Shown here one piece after another: positions 38,014 to 47,841 of a stretch of DNA of 64,000 bases. Every line of letters starts with the position of its first letter. Position 1 is the stretch's first letter. This stretch comes from Neodothiora populina (taxonomy: Eukaryota): NCBI RefSeq assembly GCF_041146345.1, contig NW_027191413.1:1612001-1676000 (forward strand), written 5' to 3'. Below the pieces are notes generated by a model. The model was not told the origin of the DNA. It saw nothing but the letters and a program-made list of their open reading frames with translations, and made no database searches. The position numbers were made by a program, and so were the translations under genes.

Positions 38014-39216
38014 TTAATCCCCTCCTAATCTGTGGCCGGGACCGCGACCACCCCATGAGTTGCCCGAAAAGCCACTTGTCCAACCTCCAGTACTTGCGCG
38101 TGCGGCAGGCTGAGCCTGACCTGCACTCGGCCTGGCCTGGAAGGCGGTGCCGTGGGTGGTGGTCCTCGGCGCGCCCGGAGCACTGTCGAACCATCTTTGC
38201 AAGACCTGAGGGGTCTTGATGGGGTTGGATCCTCGTCCGAAAGCAGGCCATATCCTCGTCAAGAAATCGTACAAGTGTGCGGCGACAAGGCCGGTGGCTT
38301 GGTTCATGGCGGACGTGGGCGAGTCCATGACCAGAGTCATCAGAAGCATGCAGTAGGGCAGGAACTTGACTCGGAAGGTCACAATGTAGAAGGTCATCTG
38401 CTGCTCTGGATTCTCTTGCGCATACAGGTATGCCAGAGCCAGGATCAAAGGTTGAAGGAACACAAACGAGCTCAGCCAAAGGCCTGCAAGGATCTTCGCG
38501 CAGGCAGTCAGTACACACGATATTGGAGGACAGACCGAGGTCCCAGACAAAGGAATAGGTCAAGTGTTGAGAAAGATATGTAGGGAGACAAAACCACCGC
38601 GACAACATGATGTTGAGCGGTTTTCTCAAATGCCGTTCCCACCTAGTCCCACACTCCGCACGAACCCTATTTTATTTTGCGAATGACGGATCCGGCACAG
38701 TGCAGGGGTAATCTCCCTCGATTCCAGGAACCGCTTCAGCTAGAGATTATGCTGGGCGGGCAGATATTTCGAGGTAATGTTGATGAATGAGGAAGATACA
38801 ACAGGAAAGACAAGACAAAGGGACGGAGTGATGTATAGCCTTACCGAAATGACACTACAGACGAAAACAATGAAGACCAAGAAGTCGGCAGGATTGGTGA
38901 AACGCGCTGAACCGACTTCCAAGGCCTTGCCATATGTGAATAGAAAATAAGGGTCGAGTAGCATGCCTAGCTTTGGACTGGTCAAGAGAAAACTTGTGGG
39001 CAGACGCCAGAGTTCGGGCAGCCACAGCTTGAAGATCTTGTACGGGATGAAGACGATATATCCCGCGTTCAAAATGCCCGTGTAGACAAGAACGGACGTT
39101 ACAGCAGCAGCGGCGGTTATGGTTCTGCGGGATGGAATGAGTATACTGTTGGACATGCTGATGAGAAGAGCAGAAGCTTACCTGGTAACCGGCGGTGCTG
39201 TCCAGAACATGTCCAT
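38014..39216 (-). CDS. DFM1: Derlin (Der1-like ERAD rhomboid pseudoprotease) with C-terminal SHP-like box, 3 exons (introns 39125-39181 and 38494-38844)
   Basis: MDMFWTAPPVTR|TITAAAA..., PELWRLPTSFLLT (WR motif), GLVAAHLYDFL (GxxxAH), and C-terminal WGGRGPGHRLGGD resembling a Cdc48-binding SHP box. Dfm1 versus Der1 orthology is inferred from that box only. Confidence 0.88.
38576..38778 (-). ncRNA. Intronic box H/ACA snoRNA candidate (snR37-like), in derlin intron 2
   Basis: Hairpin 1 closes with CCTCGA/TCGAGG and is followed by H box AGATTA (38709-38714). A middle hairpin follows. The 3' hairpin has pocket strands TTTGAGAA and GGTT around an ACCGC/GCGGT stem, with ACA (38579-38581) 14 nt downstream. 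Confidence 0.75.
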
Positions 39217-39720
39217 GGCAGACATGATGACTTGGGAATAAGTCGACAGCACCAAGTTGATTGAAGGAGTGGACGAAGCGTGAAGCTCTCTACAAGTGGC
39301 TCGCAGTAGGATTCAAAAACTGCGGTGTTGTGATTGTGAAGCGAAAGAAAGGTGTCGTGTAGCACGCGGAGGAATTTGAAGGAAGGACACATTGACGGAA
39401 ACAGCCGAATGTGGTAAAGCGGCCGCAGGTGCCGATGACGCTCGCCAAGAGCCGACAGAAAGCGTCCGAGTGCCACTTTTGGTGCTTCAGGGTGCCTCAA
39501 TGCCCCCGAAGTCGAAGGTGCGAGCCCCACTAAAGAGGAATCGGAGAGATAATGATGCAGTTGCTGCGGCGTGTATCACAGGAATTGCAGACGCTCTTAC
39601 TGGATGCAGAATACAGTCACTCTTTCTCTTGTTGGATTTTGACTCCTTCCCATCTCTGATAAAACTTACTGCCATTTCTCTGTAGATCTCCACTGTAGAT
39701 AAAAGAGATCATACTTCACA

Positions 39721-41304
39721 ATGGACTCAATCCCTTCCGTCTCCGCAATTGTCGGAGCCAACAAGTTAGTCACACCTTTTTATCCATTACCCTCTGCGAT
39801 TATGATTATTCTGAAATTCGTTCTGTTGTCTGCGGTATGAATATCGGCAAAACAACAGCAATGCTGACACAGGTTCCCTCTTTAGCAAGGCGCTGCTCCT
39901 CGGTGCTGGATTCGTCACTCGACCCACTGCTGAGATCCTCAGCAACTCTGGCATCTCGGTGACTGTTGGTAATGAAGCTCCTCAAACCTGTCCATCTCAA
40001 TTGAACCTCAATCGACTGACACCTCCACTCTTTCTTCAGCCTGCCGTACTCTTGAGTCAGCCAAGAAGCTGTCCGAGGGTCTGAAGAACTGCCACCCCGT
40101 CTCTCTCGACGTCAACGATGCCGCCGCCCTTGACGCTGCCATCGCCAAGGTTGATGTCGCCATCTCCCTGATCCCATACACCTACCACGCTCTGGTCATC
40201 TCCAGCGCCATCAGACAGAAGAAGCACGTCGTCACCACCTCGTACGTCTCGCCTGCTATGATGGAGCTCGACGAGGCTGCCAAGAACGCTGGCATCACCG
40301 TCATGAACGAGATCGGTCTTGACCCCGGTATCGACCACCTTTACGCCGTCAAGACCATTGACGAAGTCCACAAGGCCGGCGGCAAGATCACCAGCTTCCT
40401 TTCCTTCTGCGGTGGTCTCCCTGCCCCCGAGGACTCTGACAACCCTCTCGGCTACAAGTTCTCCTGGTCCAGCCGTGGTGTCCTTCTGGCCCTCAGAAAC
40501 GCTGCCAAGATCTACCAGGAAGGCAAGATTGTCGACATCCCTGGCCCTGAGCTCATGTCGCACGCCAAGCCATACTACATCTATCCCGGTTACGCCTTCG
40601 TTGGCTACCCCAACCGCGATTCCACCCCTTACAAGGAGCGATACGACATCCCTGAGGCCGATACCATCATCAGAGGTACTCTCCGTTACCAGGGTTTCCC
40701 TCAGTTCATCAAGACCCTTGTCGATCTCAACTTCTTGAGCGACGAGGAGCAGGACTTCCTCAAGCCCATCATCGACGCCCCTGTCCTGTCCTGGAAGGAG
40801 GCCACCGCCAAGGTTGTCGGCAGCTCCAGCCACACCGAGCAGGACCTCGTCTGGGCCGTCAGCTCCAAGACCAAGTTCGCAAACAACGAGGAGAAGGAGC
40901 GCATCATCAGCGGTCTCAAGTGGATCGGCCTCTTCTCCGACGAGAAGATCGAGCCTCGCGGAAACCCCCTCGACACTCTTTGCGCCACACTGGAGAAGAA
41001 GATGCAGTACGAGGAGGGCGAGCGCGACTTGGTCATGCTCCAGCACAAGTTCGGCATCACCCACGCCGACGGCTCTACCGAGGTCCGTACCTCGACTCTC
41101 GTCGAGACCGGCGACCCGAAGGGCTTCTCTGCCATGGCCAAGACTGTCGGTGTCCCTTGCGCCGTCGCTGTCCAGCAGGTCCTTGATGGCAGAATCAGCA
41201 AGAGAGGTGTCATTGCACCCGTGACCCCTGAGATTGCCGACCCCATCCGCCTCGAGCTCAAGGAGAAGTACGGCATCGAGATGAAGGAGAAGACCATTTC
41301 CTAA
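39721..41304 (+). CDS. LYS9: Saccharopine dehydrogenase (NADP+, L-glutamate-forming), 3 exons
   Basis: KALLLGAGFVTRPT Rossmann start, VTTSYVSPAM, NEIGLDPGIDHLYA, FCGGLPAPE...NPLGYKFSWSSRG, RGTLRYQGF. Introns 39765-39885 and about 39969-40039. The short first exon is inferred. Confidence 0.95.
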
Positions 41305-41516
41305 ATGTGGCTGCAAAATTTATCTGCGGCCAACGATTTTTTCGGATGGTTAGATGAAAAAGTTTTAGAAACATGGTAATTCCATTACGAGCTGCACGAC
41401 AACGCCATTCTTGACATCTTTTTTTCTCTTTTTGTGTTTCAGATCCATAACTTTTTGAATATCGTGATATCGTAGATCATGCCTTTGCTCGAGTGCATCA
41501 TAAGTGACTGCTATCA

Positions 41517-43058
41517 TCATACTATCTTTTCCGCCGTCTCAGACCATCGAACCCACCGCCGAATGACCTCGTCAACACTCTTGACCCCGCTCTCTGTGCC
41601 CTGGATCTCGAACCATTCTCTGTGCTCTTTCCCACAAGTCGCGCAATTCTCCTTGACTCTGTAGTTGGCGAGCTCCAGATGCACCAGCCTCTCGACTCGA
41701 TGCGCGTGCCGCACTTTGCGCACCCCGTTTCCTGAGCCCGAGCCTCCGGGACTTGACGCCATAGGCTCTTCAGACGCAGCTCGTCGTCGCTGCGAGAGGT
41801 CCGGATATAACGACGTCGAGGATCGCGGAGCAGGCGACGGCGAGGACTGTGCTGCAGTTGCAGCGTCTCCAGCAGACACATAGGGATACCACCGCACCAG
41901 ACTGAGGTTGTACCCACACTGTCGCGTCCATTCGTTCATGCGTCTGTGCACGTTATTCGCACGCCCGATCTTGAGCTTGACGGTGCCGGATCTGTTGCTC
42001 TCGTTGTCAGTGGCTTTGGGATGCGCAGCGTATTCGCTCATGACGTCGCTCGGTCGTCGTCGGCGCTGTTGCTTGCTGTTTCTAGGTGCTGAAAGCAGCG
42101 AGGCCGCCGTGTCTTGCTGCGGCGGCGTCACGCTGCTGTCTGTCAGCCAGAAGATGTAAATGTAGCCTTCTTCGTCGTGGGGCGAGATGGGCTTGGACAG
42201 TTCGGCGAGGAGCGCAGATGTTGTTTGAGGAGACAGGTGGGCGGGGATGAAAGAGAGCAGGGATCGTGTGTCTGGGGTTGATACGGTGCGTTTGTTCAGT
42301 GCTTGAGGAGCAGGGGCGTCGTTTAGTGTTTTTCGACCTGGAACTGATACTGCTGAGTCCGCTGGGCTGGGTCGTGTGATGTTGGGTCGTAGCGTGGCTT
42401 TAGCTGGGTTGGGTTGGGTCGGTCTTTGGCTGCTTTTATAGACGGTTTCGGTCTTGCTTGGCCGAGGACCAGATACATGTGCCTGGGGAGGTGGTCGTGG
42501 TTTATGCCGGACGGGTTCGTAATGGCCATCGTCGTCTCTGCTGCTACCCATGCAGCACAGACTCGCCCATAGTCCGCGTGGTTGACGAGGCTTCGAGTGA
42601 GGTTTCTCTGTCAATGGCTTCGAGTATGCATTGTTGGCTGTGTTTGTACCATCATTGGTCGAATGATGTCGTGGTCTGCCCTGTTCGACCCTGGGAGGTT
42701 TTCCTTCTGGGACCTTTGGTCGTCGTGGAAGTTCTGTAGTCTGCGGGACACCCAGTCGCGCTACGAGACTATCGATACTGTTGCGTTCCCGGATTTGAGC
42801 TGGTCGAGAGAAACTCGGTCCATTCAAGACGGTAGATTCGATTGTGGCTTTGGTAGCCTGGTCCTTGTGCTGCCAGCAGTACAGTAGCGTGGCATCAAGC
42901 AGGCCGGGATGTGAGATTTTGACAACGGATGGCTTCTGAGGTGCCATACCTCGTCTGCATGGACGTCCGGTCGATGTAATGCCCCTGCAGGTAGTGATTG
43001 GGTTTCTCGAGTCTGTTCGTGATAATAGAGATTCGGGGGTAGGGTCATTGAATGGCAT
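41517..43058 (-). CDS. T5orf172/MUG113 (DUF1766)-domain protein with N-terminal Cys/His motif
   Basis: GYIYIFWL...KIGRANNVHRRMNEWTRQC...HRVERLVHLEL...CATCGKEHREWF; N-terminal CRGITSTGRPC...YCWQH. Start placed at MPFNDP. Confidence 0.85.
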   Translation of the reverse strand: MPFNDPTPESLLSRTDSRNPITTCRGITSTGRPCRRGMAPQKPSVVKISHPGLLDATLLYCWQHKDQATKATIESTVLNGPSFSRPAQIRERNSIDSLVARLGVPQTTELPRRPKVPEGKPPRVEQGRPRHHSTNDGTNTANNAYSKPLTEKPHSKPRQPRGLWASLCCMGSSRDDDGHYEPVRHKPRPPPQAHVSGPRPSKTETVYKSSQRPTQPNPAKATLRPNITRPSPADSAVSVPGRKTLNDAPAPQALNKRTVSTPDTRSLLSFIPAHLSPQTTSALLAELSKPISPHDEEGYIYIFWLTDSSVTPPQQDTAASLLSAPRNSKQQRRRRPSDVMSEYAAHPKATDNESNRSGTVKLKIGRANNVHRRMNEWTRQCGYNLSLVRWYPYVSAGDAATAAQSSPSPAPRSSTSLYPDLSQRRRAASEEPMASSPGGSGSGNGVRKVRHAHRVERLVHLELANYRVKENCATCGKEHREWFEIQGTESGVKSVDEVIRRWVRWSETAEKIV

Positions 43059-43973
43059 GTCACAGGTAAACAATCAGAAAGAGCAATACAAAAGGGCACT
43101 TCTAAGAAGGAAATGGAAACACTAAAATATGTCGAGTCTCGAGTCTGGTCTCGACTAGTCATAACGCAGGCCTACCGTTGTAGATGCCAGAGGCATGTGG
43201 CTGGGACGTGGCGGAGCGTGCTCAGTATATCGTCTGAAGGGTAGCACGGACTTGCATATAGATGAAGAACGCGACGACCGCAGTCAATGCATTCGTAGCC
43301 CCCTCTTGTGGCTTGTAGAGATAGTATAAGCAAAGCATGACGACCTGCCTTAGCTAGTTCTGATGCGATGCTTTGTGGGCACAAGTGCGTTGTTGATGTT
43401 GATTCAGTGGTGGTCAGGTAGCGGCCTCCCTTGATTGGTGCTTTGATTGACCCCATAAAAAAAAGGTACGAATACTCGTGTACACTGGCGGAAAAGTCCC
43501 TGCAACCAACGAAAAGAGAGGAAGCGCAGCCCGACGATCAATATCGGGGATGAATCTGTAAGTATTTCTGTTGTTCATGTCGTTCTGAGTGGAGGAAATT
43601 CGAGTTATCATACTGTATGCCACTACTGTATTTTACTGTATCACCTCGAACCGTAACAGAATACAAGAATGATGGACGGTGAGGTATGGTGATAGCAAAA
43701 TCAACGTCATATGCCTGTTCCCAAAAGGATTGCGGCCTCACTGGGGCAGAGGCAAGAGGCAGACGTGACGCACGGACTTCTTTCACGCACCTGCAGTTTG
43801 GGGGCGTCAGGCTTGCCCTTTGCCCCACCAAGAAATCGAAATCAACGCCTGCTGCAAAGGCTTTAATCATACTTTTACAGCTGAGGGAAATCTGAAAGTT
43901 GCTTCTGTTCCTCTCTTATCTCTCTTTCACTTCACCCCCCATCAACTCCATATTTTTCTTATATCAAGTAAGT

Positions 43974-45974
43974 ATGGTTTCCGCATCAAAGGCAGCCCGC
44001 GAGGCCAAGCGCGCAGAGTCTGGCAAGGCCAAGAAGACGCCCACCTCCAAACTCGCCTCCAAGAACGCCTCCAAGGCCTCGTCGGTCAACGGCGACGACA
44101 CCCCCCTCTCCTCGATGCCGATGGCCAGGAGCTCGACGCCGCCGGAAAGAAGATGGCCGAGAAGATCAGGAAGCTGGAGCTGCAAGAGGACGACACAGGT
44201 ATCTCGGACCGTGTCACGACGGGTGTGCTCGCCTCGCTGCCCGCCAGCCGAGACGTCAAGATCACCTCTGCCTCTCTTGTTTTCCACGGAAAGGTCCTCT
44301 TCACCGACACCACACTCGAGGTCAACTACGGCCGCAGATACGGTCTCTTGGGTGAGAACGGTTGCGGAAAGTCGACTCTGCTCAAGGCCATCGCCAAGCG
44401 CGAGTTCCCCTTCCCCGAGCACGTCGACATCTACCTATTGAACGAGGGCGCCGAGCTCAGCGAATACGGCGCTCTTGAGTGGGTCGTCAGACAGGCACAG
44501 GCCGAGCTCGCTCGTCTGGAGAAGCAGTCCGAGGAGATTCTCGAGAACGAGGGCCCCGAGGCTCCCATCCTCGAGGAGCTCTACGAGGTAAGCCCCACCT
44601 AGTCTATCATCGCTCAACAAGAAACACTAATGTCCAGTATAGCGTATGGAAACCATGGATCCCTCCACCTTCGAGACCCGTGCATCCCTCATTCTCACCG
44701 GTCTCGGTTTCGACAAGAAGACCATCCACAAGAAGACCAAGGACATGTCCGGTGGCTGGCGCATGCGTGTCGCCCTCGCCAAGGCTCTCTTCGTCAAGCC
44801 CTCCCTCCTCCTTCTCGACGACCCCACCGCACATTTGGATCTCGAGGCCTGCGTCTGGCTCGAGGAGTACCTCAAGAAGTGGGACCGCACCCTCATCCTT
44901 GTTTCCCACTCTATGGATTTCCTCAACGGTGTCTGCACAAACATGATGGACATGCGCCTGAAGCAGCTCCTCTACTACGGTGGTAACTACGACACCTACA
45001 TCAAGACCCGTACCGAGCAGGAAGTCAACCAGATGAAGGCCTACGAGAAGCAACAAGAGGAAATTAAGCACATCAAGAAGTTCATCGCCTCCGCCGGTAC
45101 CTATGCCAACTTGGTCCGTCAGGCCAAGTCCCGCCAGAAGATTCTCGACAAGATGGAGGCCGATGGCTTCATCGAGAAGGTCCCCGAGGACAAGGTCTTT
45201 TCTTTCCGCTTCGCCGATGTCGAGAAGCTCCCTCCCCCGTCTTGGCCCTCGACGACGTCACCTTTGCCTACTCCGGCAAGAAGGAGGACAACCTCTACGA
45301 GAACCTCGACTTCGGTGTCGACATGGACTCCCGTACCGCTCTCGTCGGTCCCAACGGTGTCGGCAAGTCTACCCTTCTCAAGATCTTCACCGGCGCTCTT
45401 TCCCCCACCAGCGGTCAAGTGTCTCGTCACTCTCACTTGAAGCTCGGCATGTACTCTCAGCACTCTGCCGAGCAGCTTGATCTCACCAAGTCAGCTCTTG
45501 ACTTTGTCCGCATGAAGCACTCGGCAATCTCTCAGGACCTCCAGTACTGGAGACAACAGCTCGGAAAGTACGGTCTCACTGGTGAGGCCCAGACTGCCCT
45601 CATGGGTACCCTTTCCGAGGGCCAGAAGAGCAGAATCGTCTTTGCTCTGCTCGCCATCGAGGGACCCAACATGCTTCTCCTCGACGAGCCCACCAACGGT
45701 CTCGATATCCCCACCATTGATTCGCTCGCCGATGCCATCAACGCCTTCTCGGGAGGTGTCGTTGTCGTGTCCCACGATTTCAGGTATGTATTTTTATTTT
45801 TTATTTTTTATTTGTCCTATACATATGCTAACAAAACTGCCTCGTAGACTGCTCGACAAGATCGCCAAGGACATTATGGTGTGCGAGAACAAGACGGCCA
45901 GACGATGGGACGGAACCATCGGAGAGTACAAGAACACTCTCCGCAAGCGCATGTTGGAGAAGGGTGCCGTGTAA
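43974..45974 (+). CDS. ARB1: ABC-F ATPase Arb1/ABCF2, 3 exons, with two apparent 1-nt frameshifts (about 44101-44106 and 45234-45238)
   Basis: [13 protein letters not shown] start; Walker A motifs GENGCGKST and [58 protein letters not shown] linker. Introns 44588-44642 and 45784-45847. Confidence 0.93.
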
Positions 45975-46012
45975 ACGACTCGAGCCTAGGGCAGGGTTAT
46001 GTCATGTGCGTC

Positions 46013-46114
46013 GAAGAAGAAGAAGAAGAAGAAGACGAAGACGAAGAAGAAGAAGAAGACGAAGAAGAAGACGAAGAAGAAGACGAAGAAGAAGAAGAAG
46101 AAGAAGAAGAAGAA

Positions 46115-46145
<31 letters not shown>

Positions 46146-46159
46146 AAGAAGAAGAAGAA
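46013..46159. repeat. ~49-unit (GAA)n tract with five GAC and one TAA interruption
   Basis: Read directly; starts about 40 nt after the ARB1 stop codon. Confidence 0.97.
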
Positions 46160-46594
46160 AAGAAATTGAAGATTTCTCTGATGACGGACGCACGAGAAGT
46201 GTCAAGAGGGCGCGCATTAGAAAGGGAAATGGCGTTAGATTTTGGAATGAATTCATGAAAGAAATCCTATTGTTGGAGACTTTACACATGTGTCTTCTTA
46301 CTAGTTTGCAGAGAGGTTGTGTCTGTTCTTTTCCGCTTAGCCTACTTTCTCGAGGGGAGTGTGTCGCATCTATACATATTCATCCGTCCACCAAATGCGC
46401 AGTAAAGTCCAATCAAGCAATATATTTCGTTTCGGCATTTTGTTTCCTGGCAAGAAAAAAGAGTCGTATAAATCATGAAAAGAGATAAGACAAGAACCGA
46501 AAGTCCTCCCAATCTCGATGCTTTAATCCCCTTATCAACAGTTTCTGTTCCACTCACAAGGAAACCCCCACTGACCGTAGTAATAGTTAGAGCT

Positions 46595-47397
46595 CTACGG
46601 CGAGATGGCAGAAAGGTACTCCTTCCTATAAGGGTTCTCATCGGTATCCGCGCCACGATTCAAAGGAGTCCACTTGGGCTCCTCCTTGAACAGACGCATG
46701 GCCTTGATATACTGTGCATCACGTCAGCCCCAGCCCTCTCCCTCACACAGCCAAAAAAAAAGGCCAAGAAGGCAACATACGTTCTTAGAATCAGTCGTAA
46801 ACCGATGATAAATCCCCGGCGGCAGCACGAGCAAATCATTTTTCTCCAGCGCGATCCTGACCCAGGCGTCATCCGCGCTGCGCACGTCGAAGAAGCCGCC
46901 GCCTTCCAGGATGTAGCGGATCTCTTCGTCTTCGTGCAGGTGCTCGGAGAAGAAGCCTTTGACTTTTTCTTCGTAGTTGGGCAGCGTCGTCGGCGAGACG
47001 CAGATCTCGTCGCGGTTTTTGTAGCTGCGGGATGTGGCGAGGGCGTTGACGTCTTCTAGGGAGGGCTGCGCTGTGTGTTAGTCATTGTCTTTGTTGCTTC
47101 TCGATGTATGCGCGAGAGAGGGGAGTTGTGCAGGAGATGGGGTGGTGGTCAAGGTATTAGGCTGCTAGCCAGACAAGAGCAAGGATTGTTGGTTCACGCT
47201 TACATAGTTGTAGTAGAGCACTCCGAGCTTCTCCAGGTATGCGGGATCCACGAGTCGGCCGCTGTCGTGGAGTTCACGTTGGTCTCCCTTTTGAGACAAA
47301 GACGGTCAGCGTGATTTCGTTCGTAGTCATTGCGTTGTATGATAGGTGGGTGGTGTAGAGTACTTACGGGCAGGTTGTCGTACCAGTAGGCCTTCAT
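46595..47397 (-). CDS. ADI1: Acireductone dioxygenase (methionine salvage), 4 exons
   Basis: Spliced [21 protein letters not shown]...[29 protein letters not shown]...[16 protein letters not shown]...[30 protein letters not shown]. Contains the ARD metal-binding EHLHEDEE. Confidence 0.95.
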
Positions 47398-47841
47398 TGT
47401 GACGGTTTGCTGTGTTTTAGCAGAAAAGAAGAATAGGTCAGACTGGGATAAAGTGCTAGTGTCGTTGCTTTTATACGGTATAGCACAATCGAAAGAGTAT
47501 ATCTCTCTCGTGGTACAGAATGCTCGAGGTTTATTAATAATTTGATTCTGCTTCGCGGGGATCCCTCAGCACGTCATCGCCATGCTTCCCGTCGAGCGCC
47601 TCGCTTGTGGCCGATCACGGTCACCAGCGACCGACCTCATGCCAACCCTCCTTCTTCATAAGGTAGACAATAAAGACATTGACGAGTATGCGTATGTGAT
47701 ACACATGAATATAGGCCACCTTCTGTATCATGCATGGCTTTTCGACGATTTGACAATGTTCTTGTTATACTAAACGATAATCATCCAAGCAGTGGTCATT
47801 AGGTAAGGTGAATCGCTCTATCGCTCTATATCCTATCTCTA

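Noticed and set aside
39802..39867. Possible C/D snoRNA in LYS9 intron 1 (ATGATTA...CTGA)
   Set aside because: The C box is degenerate, the CTGA coincides with the branch site, and there is no convincing rRNA antisense element.
40057..41316. 419-aa ORF antisense to LYS9
   Set aside because: Antisense shadow of a highly C-ending codon-biased gene; no independent coding evidence.
43974..45974. Calling ARB1 a pseudogene
   Set aside because: Both lesions are single missing bases in homopolymers while all motifs, introns and codon bias are intact; sequencing error is more parsimonious.
45964..46488. Poly-Arg, poly-Glu and poly-Leu ORFs
   Set aside because: Artefacts of translating the GAA microsatellite.
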